A stretch of 64,000 nt of DNA from an uncultured Planctomycetaceae bacterium (lineage in GTDB: Bacteria > Planctomycetota > Planctomycetia > Pirellulales > PALSA-1355), in assembly GCA_963785305.1 (NCBI GenBank), contig CAWAUV010000007.1, positions 1,632,001 to 1,696,000 on the forward strand, written 5' to 3'. A program made the translations under genes and the position numbers. Of the stretch, positions 23,130 through 35,623 are shown in pieces; within the stretch, counting starts at the first letter, position 1, and every line of letters begins with the position of its first letter. A model generated the notes under the pieces. That model saw nothing but the letters and a program-made list of their open reading frames with translations, was not told where the DNA came from and did no database searches.

Positions 23130-24898
23130 TCAAAAAATTGCGAAAATCCCTTGGCGATATGTGCTGCACCATTTGGGAGATGCTGTCACTGCGCAATTCA
23201 CTCCTTTTGCGCAAGCTTTCAATGTTGCGTCGCAGCGACGGGTCGCCGGAGTCTTGAACCCCGGACACGCGCTCGTTGCGGTTGCGCCCGCCGCACCGTA
23301 ACAGTTATCATGGTCAAGACAGCAACTATCTAATGCGTCAATAGGGGGCGGCCCAACGGGCGGGCCCGCCGGGGAATTTGGACCGCAATAGTTGCCATAA
23401 TAAATCCCAGCGAGCCCATCTGGGTCCGTCACGAACTTCGGTCGATTAAACACATAACGATATAGATTCGAGTCGCGGCTCTCGAACCCGATCGGGTCCC
23501 GCGTGATCCAAACGCCGAGCAGCGAGTCCAGATACCGATTCCGCGCCAGATATAGCTCCGATTCGCTGTCCCAGCGGTAGCCGCAGTAGAGGGTTTCCCA
23601 GGCGTAGACGCTGGCAGTTAAGGGAGCGAAATCAGGGTTCAGGAATGTCGGCAAGCCGTATGCGGTGTAGCTGTAGCGTTCTTGGACGGCGCCGGAGTTG
23701 TTGACGACCGACGTGACGTTCCAGTTGGCGTCTTGAAGGGCGTAAAGCCTTTCCGTCGAGCGGTCGCGCAGGACGAGATCGTCGATATAGCGCAGGCCCC
23801 AGACGAATTGCCGATCCGCGGCTGCGCCGCCGCCGACGCGCTCTTCGAGGATTTGCCACTGGCTCGAATAGTAGATGTCGCGCAGGACGCCTGAGACCAG
23901 CTTTGTGGCGCGGCGATTGAGGCCGTCGTAGCTGTAGCTCGCCACGCCGGCGAGCGCGACCAAACGATTCCAGGCGTCGTAAGTCGCCGCGAAGGCCGAG
24001 GTTGGCGCTGCTGGCTGCGGGATCGCCGTCATGGCGCCGGCCGGGCTGTAGGCCGGCTGCGCCAGGCCGCGCCGTAGCGCTGCGTAATGCCCATGATCTC
24101 GTTCACGGGATTGCTTGCGCACTGCTGATCGAGATTGTCGGCCGACGTCGTGACGTCGGTGTTGACGAAATTCGACCAATTGCCAGTGGCGTCGAGACCC
24201 CATTGCTGGGCCAAAGTCATGTTGGCGATCGATTGGTCACTATTCGTTAGATCGCCACGGCTCATGTCGATGAGGCGGCTCAATCCATCGTAGGCATACA
24301 GTTCGTCGGTTCCGGTCGTGGCAGTCTCGTGCCGCCAGAGGCGATTGCTGGACTGATCGTAGCCGTACTGGAGCGTCGTGAGGTTCGCGCTGGGCGTGGT
24401 CCACGGGTTATTGATGACGCGGCCGAACTGGTCGAGGCCGATATACGGGTTCGGCGCGCTGCCGCCGCCGAGCGACCAAGTGACGTCGGGCTGCGGATAG
24501 GTCAGATCGACGAACGTCGAGAGGCCCAGATAGGTGTATTCAACCAGCGTCGTGCTGTCGGAATCGCGGTAGTTGGTGATGCGGGATAACGCATCGTCGT
24601 TGCCGCTCGCGTAATTGTACGAAACGACGCGAGGCGTCGAGCCGCTGATCGCGCCGGGATAGGTGATCGCCGTGAGGCGCGTCGTGTTGGCGCTGCCATC
24701 GGCGAAGGCGTACTGCACGTTGGGAGACGTGGAGGTATTCACGGCGGCGCCATGCTGTTGGAACTGCGTGACGAGTTGCTGGAAACCATTGTAGGCGTTT
24801 TGCACTTGGTTGACCACCGTGCTGCCGGCGGTATCGGCGTAGCTCGTGATTTGGAAGACAAGGCCGCGGATTTCGTAAGCCGTGGTGATTCGCCGCAC
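23130..24898 (-). pseudogene. Orphan Rhs module 6 with phospholipase A2 tip
   Basis: Frameshift near 24060; DPDG then YYGNYCG...DALDSCCLDHDNCY...CD. Confidence 0.88.
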
Positions 24899-25008
24899 CC
24901 GCGTGGCGGGGCTGCCGGCGCTCGGACAGCTGAACGTCAGCAAAGACTGCCCGCCGGGTCGAAAAACCGCCGCCAGCGAAATCAATGACTCCTGACACCT
25001 TTGAATTC
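24899..25008 (-). repeat. Cassette leader (110 bp), variant GAATTCAAAGGTGTCAGG
   Basis: Direct sequence comparison with the other leaders. Confidence 0.95.
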
Positions 25009-25235
25009 GCACGCTCCAGCTCGCGGCGTAGCGACGGCATGGTAATGCCGCGATCATCATCCGCAGTCGCGCTGTGCGCCGAGGGCCGCTCGCACGCGCA
25101 GCTAATCGAATTGTCAAAGATCGTCCCGCGTCGGCTGCGCCGACCCCGCGATTTCGCGCAGGAAACCGGGTTTTTAGAGCGGAAATGCGTTGTCAGATGT
25201 TCACTAAAAATTCGCTGGACGCCTATACCGTCTGG

Positions 25236-27572
25236 CTATCGATGCCGGCCGCGCTCGGGGTCGCTTCCCTTAGCAAATTCGAGTATTGATTCATTGCGAC
25301 ATAATGCAAGCCTCGCTTCAGAAAATGCAAATGCTGGACTGGGGCGAAGATAAATCCATCCATTGCGAAGATCGAGAGTCGCAATGAATCGACGGAAGTA
25401 ATTAAGACCTATCGATTCATGCCTGCTAACTTCCGTCCCAGTAAGCGATTGGTGATTATTCCGGAACGCGCGAACATTGGCAATGGCATGAAGGCGGTTG
25501 ATAGTATTTCCTGACATTTCGATTTGGGACACGTTTGCAAACGGAGTTAGGCCGCCGGCGCGAGCAACGCCTTGAGCGGTCTCAGCAGTGATAGTCAATG
25601 TTGTCGAAGCCGCCCCCGTATCAACATTAAGTTCACGAGCACCAATACCAGGAAATACGACTTCGGTAGAAGCTTTATACATCTGCTGCGCACCACCAAC
25701 TACGTGAAGAGGGTATTGCACACTCAGATCCGATGGGACATCTCGTAGAAAGAACAATTTTCCATGCACCAGGTCAAGTTGCATAATTGTATCTTTCAGA
25801 ACGTCTAAGCCGAGGAGGCCGTGAATTGGTTCTCCAAGACTAGCGCCGAAGTGTTTAGTGAACAGAGGGTCCGAGACCGGCATCTTGGAAGACAGATGAA
25901 GCGAGCCGATTTTTAGTTCAACGGGAGGATATCTATCTAAGATAACAGAACCGGAAAAACACTTAATACTTGCCAATCCAGTTTTCGTTCCCAATAAGTC
26001 TCTAATGGAATCATCGAAAATCGATACCGGAGATCCAGTGTCGACTATCATGCGCAATGTTCGTTTTCCCATTTTAACCGGGATAATCAACCCTTTAGAG
26101 AAAATCGGGATATCGAAGGAGGCTGCGATCAAGGCCGCTTGAGGAAGTGACTTTTCGATGCGTGGAAGCTCCCAAGCGGATTCGGGCTCGAAAAGCGCAC
26201 GCGGTACTTGTATTCCGCGATAGTTGCTGTCCAACTCGCCGCCCCGTCTTAGATCAGATATGGCCTTATCGTGATCGCCCAACAGCCCGTGCAACGTTCC
26301 TCTCATCATATAAGGTTTGGCTTGCAAGGGATCTGCCGCTATTGCTTGGTTATAAGCATGAATTGCATCCCGGCCGCGGCCCATATTCACCAACAAAGAT
26401 CCGATCTGGCCATTTAGATAGGCATTATTGGGATTGGCGCGAGCATATTCTTCAAGTATTGGAAATATATTTATCGCATTTTCGAGACCCGAGCATAGTT
26501 CAATACATTTTATCGCGATATCAGCACCTTTTGGATCTAACGCGATCGCTGATGTTATATCCCGGTTCGATTGAACACTATTTCCTAGATAATATTCAGT
26601 GATTGCTCGTTGACTTAAATAGTTCGCATTATTTGGTTCCAGGCGAACCGCTGCATCGATGTCATCAAACGCCGCTTCCAAATTGCCCAGGCCGATCAAT
26701 ATTCGATGCCGATGCGCATATCCATCTGCCCATCTGAGATCGAGAGCGATTCCTTTACCAATGCTGATTAATGCATCCAAGGGCTTGTTTTGTGCACAAT
26801 ATATATACGCGATAATGTCGTAAAACCGTGAATCGGTGGTGTTCAGAGAAACCGCTCGATTGGCATCTGCTAACGACAAATCGAGTTTGTCGATTTCGAG
26901 ATATAACGTACTCCGCTCATAGAGCGCCGGGAGACAGTCTGGATCAAGCGCCAATGCTTGATTGACGTCAGACATCGCGTCATTGTTCCTTGAGGCATAG
27001 CGATAGGCGAGCGAGCGCAACACATATCCCAGCGGCTTGGTGGGGGCGACTTTAATCGCATCGGCAGATTCCGATATGAGTTTCTGACGATCAATACTCA
27101 CGTGCCAGCGAGCCAACGCTCGATAAATGTAAGCCCTTTCGTCATTCGGATGTCGTTTTATCTCAGAATCGAAAAACTCGATCATCTGATCTTTGCTACG
27201 CACTTCTAGGAGTTGGGATGTCTCAATCCAACCTGAGCAGCAACTCCGAATTCGCTCGACAGGAGCAAATCGAGCCCATTGACCCTCTGTTTGCTCGATC
27301 CTTAGCAACTCCCCCCATGACATGTAGCCAACGATCTTTGAATCAATACGCACTGGAGCATTTCTATCCTTGACAATTGCGTAGTAAGCATGTGCCGCAC
27401 GAGTTCTGCCGTCGTCGGTTTCATTTGCATTCGATGCTGACGGAAAAAGAAATAGTCCTATTAGACACAACGGTCCAACAACGGAATGCAACGTAAATAG
27501 TTGGGCGGCGACCAAACGCACTCGACGCGATATGCGGCTATTTACAGAAGTAGTAAGATACGAGAAAGTCAT
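25236..27572 (-). CDS. Exported TPR protein with two retropepsin-like aspartyl protease domains (module 5 partner)
   Basis: Signal-like N-terminus, TPR repeats, IVDTGS...GLLGLD and VDTGA...IGLNYF; start overlaps the toxin stop (ATGA). Confidence 0.8.
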   Translation of the reverse strand: MTFSYLTTSVNSRISRRVRLVAAQLFTLHSVVGPLCLIGLFLFPSASNANETDDGRTRAAHAYYAIVKDRNAPVRIDSKIVGYMSWGELLRIEQTEGQWARFAPVERIRSCCSGWIETSQLLEVRSKDQMIEFFDSEIKRHPNDERAYIYRALARWHVSIDRQKLISESADAIKVAPTKPLGYVLRSLAYRYASRNNDAMSDVNQALALDPDCLPALYERSTLYLEIDKLDLSLADANRAVSLNTTDSRFYDIIAYIYCAQNKPLDALISIGKGIALDLRWADGYAHRHRILIGLGNLEAAFDDIDAAVRLEPNNANYLSQRAITEYYLGNSVQSNRDITSAIALDPKGADIAIKCIELCSGLENAINIFPILEEYARANPNNAYLNGQIGSLLVNMGRGRDAIHAYNQAIAADPLQAKPYMMRGTLHGLLGDHDKAISDLRRGGELDSNYRGIQVPRALFEPESAWELPRIEKSLPQAALIAASFDIPIFSKGLIIPVKMGKRTLRMIVDTGSPVSIFDDSIRDLLGTKTGLASIKCFSGSVILDRYPPVELKIGSLHLSSKMPVSDPLFTKHFGASLGEPIHGLLGLDVLKDTIMQLDLVHGKLFFLRDVPSDLSVQYPLHVVGGAQQMYKASTEVVFPGIGARELNVDTGAASTTLTITAETAQGVARAGGLTPFANVSQIEMSGNTINRLHAIANVRAFRNNHQSLTGTEVSRHESIGLNYFRRFIATLDLRNGWIYLRPSPAFAFSEARLALCRNESILEFAKGSDPERGRHR

Positions 27573-29322
27573 TTTTTTTTGGGTTCGATTCTTGGCGGAA
27601 TCTTGATCTCGATTTCAATTTTTCCTGGAGCCACTGGCGATCCTGGAGGAGCGCTCTTAGGCGGTGGTTTCGGTCCACCAAATTCTACGCCGACACCACC
27701 CTGGACCTCGACTGGCTTATTAGGTTTATCTGTCGATTGCTCAAATTCGATTTTGCCTTTAATCTCTGGAGAGCCCTTACAACCGGCGAGAACTACAAGG
27801 CCGATTAGGCAAACACAAAGGAACACGAACTCGCCTGTAGGGTCAATTGCATTAATTGGTGCATTGATAACATACCGATAGTCGTTTATGTCGCCAACTG
27901 GAAACCGAACCGGTTCGCGCGACATCCAAGTACCGATTAATGCGTTCAAGTAACGTTCGCGTACCTGAAAAATGCCGGACTCGCCATCCAGCCTATATCC
28001 CGCGAACAATGTCTCCCAGTCATAGTTGCCGCCATCAGCAAGAATTGCAAACAAGGCGCTCAAAAAGGTTGGAAGCCCATAGGCGCTGTAAATATAGCGC
28101 TCTTTAACATTTCCATTTGCATCTGTGATAGCATTTACATTCCAATTGTTGTCTTGCAGCGAGTAGAGCCGCTCGGTGACCCGATCTCGGAGAACGAGGT
28201 CGTCGATATAGCGCAAGCCCCAAACGAATTGGCGGTCGGCGATCGATGCGCCACCGATTCGTTCTTCGAGGACTTGCCACTGGTTTGAGTAATAGAAATC
28301 CCGAACCGTTCCTGAGACGGTTTTCGTGGCGCGGCGATTGAGTCCGTCGTAGCTGTAGCTCGCCACGCCGACCAGCGAGATGAGGCGATTCCAGGCGTCG
28401 TAGGTCGCTGCGAAGGAGCTAGTGGGCGTCGCGGGCTGGGGGATTGTTGTCATGGCGCCGGCCGGACTGTAGGCCGGCTGCGCCACGCGGCGCCGTAGCG
28501 CTGCGTGATGCCCATGATCTCGTTCACGGGATTCGACTGGCGCTGCTGATCGAGATTGTTCGCCGGCGTCGTGACGTCCGTATTGACGAAGTTCGACCAG
28601 TTGCCGGTAGCGTCGAGGCCCCATTGCTGCGCGAGCGTCATGTTGGCGATCGATTGGTCGCTATTCGTCAGATCGCCGCGGCTCATGTCGATGAGGCGTT
28701 GCAAGCCGTCATAGGCGTACAATTCATCGTTGCCGGTCGTGACGGTCTCATGCCGCCAGAGGCGGTTGCTGGATTGGTCGTAACCGTACTGGATTTGATC
28801 GAGCGCGGCGCCGCCAGCGTTCTGCCAGAGGTTGTTGATCACGCGGCCGAACTGGTCGAGGCCGAGATATGGGTTCGCGCCCGAGCCGCCGGCGAGCGAC
28901 CAAGTCACGTCCGGTTGCGGATAGGTCAAATCAACGAACGTGCGGAGGCCAAGATACGTGTACTCGACGAGCGTCGAGCTGTCGGAGTCGACGTAGCTGG
29001 TGACGCGAGACAAGGCGTCGTCGTTGCCGCTCGCGTAGTTGTACGTCACGACGCGGGGCGTCGAGCCGCTGATGGCGCCGGGATAGGTGATCGCCGTCAG
29101 GCGCGTCGTGTTGGCGCTGCCATCGGCATAGGCGTACTGCACGTTGGGAGACGTGGAAGTATTCACGGCGGCGCCATGCTGTTGGAACTGCGTGACCAGT
29201 TGCTGGAATCCATTGTAGACGTTTTGAACCTGATTGACCACGGTCGTGCCGGCGGTGTCGGCGTAGCTCGTGATTTGGAAGACAAGGCCGCGGATTTCGT
29301 AAGCCGTGGTGATTCGCCGCAC
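27569..29322 (-). pseudogene. Orphan Rhs module 5; short tip with lipobox LAGC
   Basis: Frameshift near 28480; DPTG|EFVFLCVCLIGLVVLAGC then a Pro/Lys-rich tail. Confidence 0.85.
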
Positions 29323-29432
29323 CCGCGTGGCGGGGCTGCCGGCGCTCGGACAGCTGAACGTCAGCAAAGACTGCCCGCCGGGTCGAAAAACCGCCGCCAG
29401 CGAAATCAATGAGTCCTGACCCCTTTGAATTC
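29323..29432 (-). repeat. Cassette leader (110 bp) with intact GAATTCAAAGGGGTCAGGACTCATTGATT
   Basis: Direct sequence comparison with the other leaders. Confidence 0.95.
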
Positions 29433-29489
29433 GCTCCCGCCCTCTTCAACCACGACCGTCACGCCGAAGGCAAGGCCGCACGCCGAACA

Positions 29490-29520
29490 GTAAAAACAGG
29501 CCCTTCGGGCCTGTTTTTAC
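29490..29520. terminator. Perfect 14-bp hairpin, probable bidirectional intrinsic terminator
   Basis: GTAAAAACAGGCCC-TTC-GGGCCTGTTTTTAC. Confidence 0.65.
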
Positions 29521-29632
29521 TCGGCCCATCAAAAAACTTCTCGACACGCAATCCGAACCAAATTCCCGAGAACCGCGAACCACCACGCCTCACTCCGCCA
29601 AGATAGAGTTTTCGGGAGGGACAGGAATTCGC

Positions 29633-30607
29633 TCATGGGTCATTATCAACGTGGCACGGCTTTGCGCGAGCTTGTAGGAATTTTGCCACGCCGGCATCCG
29701 TCACGTTAGTATGGTTGAGGTGAAGACTCACCAGCGCCGGCAAGCTTTGGAGATGCTCCAGCCCCGCATCGGTCAGCTTCGTATTATTGATATCCAACGC
29801 AAAGAGCAGTGTTAGCTTCGTAAGGTGAATCATTCCAGCGTCGGTCACGGCGGTATCGTCCAGACTAAGTATCTTGAGGTGCTTCAAGTTCTGAATATGA
29901 ACGAGCCCGGCGTCGGTGATCGCAGTTACCGAAAGGTTTAGTAATTGCAATTGCGAAAGTTGGCCGATATGAACGAGCCCCGCGTCGGACACGCTCGATT
30001 CTCCTAAGCTCAGCACTTGAAGCGTGGCCAACGAAGACAAGTTCGCAAGCCCGGTGTCGTCGACTTTTGTTCCACAAAGGCCTAAGTTCTCAAGTTCCTG
30101 CATTTCGCGAAGTCGGACGAGGCCGTTACTTGTGATGCGAGTGTCGTCGAGAAAGAGCCGTTTGAGGCGAGGGAAACAACGAAGATGGTCCAGCCCCGCG
30201 TCGGTGATTCGCGTCGTAGACAGACCCAAATGTTCGAGCCGGCGTAGGTCACGAAGGCGCTCCAATCCCGCGTCAGTCAGTTGCGACAGCCTAAGCTCAA
30301 GATGTTCGATGTGGACGAGTTTGGAAAGCTGCGCGAGTTCTTCGTCGGTGATCCGCTGCCTTGCGGAGAACGCCACCACATTCCGCGGCTCTTTCTCGCC
30401 TAACCATGCCCGCAGTCGTTCCATGACCGTGAATGAACCGTTCGTGGAATATTCGATTCGGTGTCTCGACTTGGCCAAGACCGCGACCGCGACAGTTTGT
30501 ACCCGGGCCTCGTGGATCGTCCAGGCGGTCGCCGAAGCGATCAAAAACACGAACACCAAAAACGTTCGCAGACTGAAACGGAGAAATCGTCGGCGAATAA
30601 AGTTCAT
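29633..30607 (-). CDS. Membrane-anchored LRR protein (immunity slot, module 4)
   Basis: RFSLRT + TM segment; regular 24-aa LxxLxLxxTxITDAGL repeats. Confidence 0.9.
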   Translation of the reverse strand: MNFIRRRFLRFSLRTFLVFVFLIASATAWTIHEARVQTVAVAVLAKSRHRIEYSTNGSFTVMERLRAWLGEKEPRNVVAFSARQRITDEELAQLSKLVHIEHLELRLSQLTDAGLERLRDLRRLEHLGLSTTRITDAGLDHLRCFPRLKRLFLDDTRITSNGLVRLREMQELENLGLCGTKVDDTGLANLSSLATLQVLSLGESSVSDAGLVHIGQLSQLQLLNLSVTAITDAGLVHIQNLKHLKILSLDDTAVTDAGMIHLTKLTLLFALDINNTKLTDAGLEHLQSLPALVSLHLNHTNVTDAGVAKFLQARAKPCHVDNDP

Positions 30608-30719
30608 GATCGAATGAGGAACGGGATCGGGTTACCGCTGGAGCGACATACGAAGCCCATGCCGGCATGTTGCGGCTGGTCGCCGATATTACGTTCATTG
30701 ATGGAATTGCGTGCAAAAC

Positions 30720-33700
30720 TCAACCAACGGATCCGATCGGACAACGGCACTGGGAAGTGCCCGGTGGATTCGGATTCACCGTAGGCCGTTTCTTACAATT
30801 AGGGTCCGTGCTGGCTTTCTTACACGCGGCTTCTAAATCATCGACATACTGATAAAACGCAAGGGTTGCTTGGTTTGGAGGCAGAGCCTCTTTACACATC
30901 TGGTAGTCTCTACCGAAGTTGACTTTGCCGCAGCCCGCCGTATTGCTGCAATTCGCAACCGCACTCGCTATCCCAAGATACGCGGATTTGTACCACTTCC
31001 CGCAAGCGCTCTCCGGCTGAAATTTATCAAGAAGTTCTATTACCTGAAAGATACTTGTCATCGGATCAACAATAGTATTAAGCAGGCCTAATTTTCCGAC
31101 TGGGCCACCACCTCCTTCTTTTATCGCCTCGATGATCTCTTTAAATGTTTTGGCCTTCTCGATTTTTTCCAACAGCTCCGAGATACCGGACCCCTCGTCT
31201 TCTTTTTCGCATTTATCCAGACCAAAAGCATCGGCCCAGGTGACAGGAGCATTGCTGATATATCGATAAACATTCGAATCACCTCCCGCGAACCCGATCG
31301 GATCTCGCGTGATCCAAACGCCGAGCACCGAGTCCAGATACCGATTCCGCGCCAGATATAGCTCCGATTCGCTGTCCCAGCGGTAGCCGGCGTAGAGGGT
31401 TTCCCAGGCGAAGGCGCTCGCAGCTAACGGCGTAAAATCGGGGGCCAGGAACGTCGGCAGGCCGTAGGCGGTGTAGGTGTAGCGTTCTTGAACGGCGCCT
31501 GACGTGTTGACGACCGAAGTCACGTTCCAGTTCGCGTCTTGGAGGGCGTAGAGGCGTTCGGTCGAGCGGTCACGGAGGACTAGGTCATCGATGTAGCGTT
31601 GGCCCCAGACGAATTGACGATCGGCGGTCGTCGCGCCGCCGACGCGTTCTTCGAGGACTTGCCACATGTTCGAGTAGTACAAGTCTCGCACGACGCCGGA
31701 AATCGTCTTTTGCGTGCGGCGATTGAGGCCGTCATAGCTGTACGTGGCGACGCCAGCGAGTTGGGTCAACCGATTCCAGGCATCGTAGGTTGCCGCGAAC
31801 GAGCTCGTGGGCGAGGCCGGTTGCGGAATCGTCGTCATGTTCCCGGCGGGGTTGTAAACCGGCTGGGCCCACGCGGCGCCGTAACGCTGCGAGATAGCCA
31901 TGATCTCGTTGACCGGATTATTCGACCGTTGTTGGTCGAGATTGTTCGTCGGCGTCAGAACATCGGTATTGACGAAATTGGACCAGTTGCCCGTGGCGTC
32001 CAAGCCCCATTTTTGCGCCAAGGTCATGTTGGCGATGGATTGATCAACATTCGCCAAGTCACCGCGGCTCATGTCGACGAGACGGTTCACTCCATCGTAC
32101 GAATACAGCTCGTCCTGCCCGGCCGTGACGGTTTCTTGCCGCCAGAGGCGGTTGCTCGCCTGATCGTAACCGTACTGGAGCGTCGTGAGGTTCGCGCTGG
32201 GCGTGGTCCACGGGTTATTGATGACGCGGCCGAACTGGTCGAGGCCGATATACGGGTTCGGCGCGCTGCCGCCGCCGAGCGACCAAGTGACGTCGGGCTG
32301 CGGATAGGTCAGATCGACGAACGTACTCACGCCGAGATAGGTATAGGCGACAAGAGTCGTGCTGTCGGAATCGACCAAACTGGTCACGCGGCTGAGTGCG
32401 TCGTCGGCGCCGTCGGCGTAGTTTTGCGAGACCGTTCGCGGCGTCGAGCCGCTGAGCGCGCCGGGATAGGTGGTCGCGGTCAAGCGGATCGTGTTTTCGC
32501 TGCCGTCGGCATAAGTGTATCCAACCTGCGGACTTGTCGCCGTGTTCACCGCGGCGCCGTGTTGTTGATATTGGTTCGTGAGTTGCCGGAAGCCGTTGTA
32601 GGCGTTTTGGATTTGATTGACGATCGTGCTTCCGCCGGTATCCGCGTAGCTGGTGATTTGATTGACCAGGCCGCGGATTTCGTAGTTCGTGCTGATCCGC
32701 CGCACGCTGCCGTCGACGCCCGCGCCAGTGTCACAACAATGTCGTCGGTCGATCGACCCAGCAGGTCGAACAGATACTGATGCACCGTGCCGTTTTGATC
32801 GGTCTTGCCGACAACCTCGCCCTGGCGATTGCAGGTCTGCGTGACCTGATCGGAGCCGGCGACGCTATCGGGATAGATCGTGGCGCTCAAAAGATCGTTG
32901 CTGGCGATCGCGGAATCGGCCAACGTCGTTCCGAAGACGAACGTCGTGGTCTGGTCGCCCGTCGTTGGATTCACCGCCGTCAAGGCAATCATGTTGCCGT
33001 CGCCGTTGTAGGCGAACCGAACGGTTACGTCCGTTTCGTTGCCGGGGCAACCGCCGGTGTAGTTGCTGATTGTGCTAAGCGATTTGCCGAGCGCGTTGAA
33101 TGTTTGGAGCGCGACGATGCCGGCCGGATCGGTTGTTTGGTTCAAATTGCCGGCGCTATCGTAGCCGAATGTCGTGACCAGCACGCTCGCGCTGCTGGCT
33201 GGCGGCGTGGCCGGCGCGGTGAACGCTTCGTTATTGTTCGTGCCGTAATTGGCGGCGGCGATCTGTCGACCAATACCGTCGGGCCAGTTCGCCACGTAGC
33301 TCACGCGGGCCAGCGGCTGCGTTCCACTATACGGCGGGTTCAAGACGCCGTTCCCCGTCGTGCTATCGAATCGTTGGTACGAATCGACCTCGACGACGTT
33401 ATTCGCGTCGTCATAGCTGGTCAGCGTCTGCTCGAATATCTTGTTGTCGGCCGTGATCTGACCCACGTCGCTATAGGGTTCGGTTCCCGAGCCCGTGTAG
33501 TAGCCGACGTACGACGCGATCTTGCGAGCCTGGCTATCGTAGATCGATTTCGTAAATGCCTGCGAACCGGCCGGCAGTGTCTTGATGATGTTGTCGGCCG
33601 CGTCGCGCCAGGTGTTGTCGACCAGCGAGTTGCCGAGCGCGCCCGTGCTCGGGTTCACCGAGTAAACTTGCGTTTGATAGACGCGGCTGCGGTCGTCCCA

Positions 33701-35505
33701 GAATGTCAATGTACGGGCCAAGAGTTGCCCGTTCTCAGTCGTGTTGCGGCGGTCTTTTTGGATCACCCGATCGAGATTGTCGTAGGTGACGCTCAGATTG
33801 AATTCCAGCTCGCCGTCGATGGCGACTTGCCGGTCGCGCCAATCGAAGACGAAGCTGGTGACGCGATCGTTCAGCCCGGTGGCATCGACGTAATCCGTCG
33901 TCTCGGTCAAGTTGCCGTCGCCCCCCGACGCCCCGCCGTCGTACACGTTGCCGGTGACTTGGACCATGTTGTTGCCTTTGGCGCCGCCGCCCGTCGGGTC
34001 GCCGGCGCTCGCCCCGGCGGCGTTCGTGCCGACGAAGACTCCGGTGACCTTCCCGCGCGGATCGAAAACTTTCGCGGTGATCGTGCCGCCGGGAGTGGTC
34101 GTCATGTCCGCGCGGTCCATGATGTCGTAACCGTAATCGGTCTCGTCGTAATTCACCCCGCTGGCGCCGAGGCCGAACGCCGGAATGCAATGATACGCCC
34201 GGCTGGCGGTCCGCTGCCCGGCGTCATTATACACGTTAGCCGACCACGCCACCCAGCTCGACTGCGGATAACAATCCGACGGCGACAAGGCGCCTTCGGT
34301 CGTCGCCCGCGCCGCCTGAATCGTGTCGGTCGTTCTCCCGGCATAGTCGAACGACGCGAGCGTCACCGGATTGACCAGCGTCGAGCGGTAATAACTCGAG
34401 CTGCCGGTGACATAACCCTGGGCGGTCCAGGTTTGATGCAGCACGTCGTGATACACCGTCCAGCTTGCCGTGCGGGCATCGACGCCGTTGACCGGATGCC
34501 TCGGCCCAAGCTGCTGCGTCACGCGGCCCAGGTCGTCGTAAGTATAGTCGGTTTCTAGGCTTAGCCTTGTTCCGGCCGGCGGGCTCGGCCAGCCGTATCC
34601 CGTCGGCGGATCGACGTCTTTCAATTGCGTGGTCACGACGCCGAGCGTGACATCATAGGTAAAGCTGTCGACGTAGTTTCGCGGGCCTTGCTCCCAAGTC
34701 AGGTTGCCATACTCATCGAACAGCATCCGCTGCACGCCGGCGGCGCCGGAGCCGTTTTGATCGGTCGAGATCACCGGCAGCGTGGTGGTTTTTTGCTCGA
34801 TTTGCAGCGTGCCGGCGTACCAGGTGTAGGCGTAACTGGTGACGATCGGGTCGCTGCCGCCGTTGGCGTCGCTGGAATACACCGTGCTGGCGGCGATGGG
34901 GTAGATCGTGGCCAGCGACGCCGAAGGGTCGTCGTCGGTCGTGTTCCGCTGGTAATAGGTGGTCTCGCTGAGCAGGATCGGCAGGTTGTTGAGCCCCTGT
35001 TGCACCGACGTGCTTTCCAGGTAGCCCGCGGCGCCGCCGGGCGTGGTCGGCGTGGCGGTGGTCGACGGGTAGTAGCTCGACAGTTTGACAAGGCCGCTGG
35101 TGGGATTGACGATCGTCGTCGGCCCGCCCAGATCCGGCTGGCTGTCGTCGTAGCCTTGCACTGCGGAGGGCTGGGCCTCGAGAATCACCTGGGCCAACAC
35201 TTCGTCATACTGCCGGTACGTGGCCCAGCTATCCGCGCCGCTGACCAGCGAGGTGAGCAGCGACTGGCCGATGTGGTTCGTATAAACAATGTTCTGGCTG
35301 CCATCGGGCCGCGTCTCGACCGTCTTGGTCTGCCAGTAGTTGTAATCCTGCGAATTGCCGCTCGACGTGTAGGCGAAAGTAAACGTCCGCGTGCCCGCCT
35401 CGACGGTTTCGAGCGTCACCCGCTGCTGGTTGTCGTACTCGAAATAATAATCCGCGAACTGGGCGACCTGCTCGTCCGGCGCCTAAAGCGGATTCGCATT
35501 CGCCA
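30720..35505 (-). pseudogene. Orphan Rhs module 4 (long core fragment) with unknown helical/Cys tip
   Basis: ORFs 32546-35419 and 30720-32705, frameshift near 32725; DAFG then tip. Confidence 0.85.
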
Positions 35506-35521
35506 ACGACAACCGGCGAAA

Positions 35522-35586
35522 CGACTCGCATATTCGCAACTCTCATCAGGCGTAGCGCCAGCGCATCCAGGCACCTGGTTCAATTT
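35522..35586 (-). mobile_element. Degenerate group II intron 5'-end remnant plus degenerate target repeat
   Basis: cgactcgcatattcgcaactctcatcaggcgtagcgccagcgcat|ccaggcacc aligns without gaps to cgactctttcattcgcgactctcctccggcttcgcgccggcgcac|cctgacccc (2132-2185). Confidence 0.7.
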
Positions 35587-35623
35587 CCGGTTCGTGCTAC
35601 CTTTTCCTCTGCCGATCCGTAAT

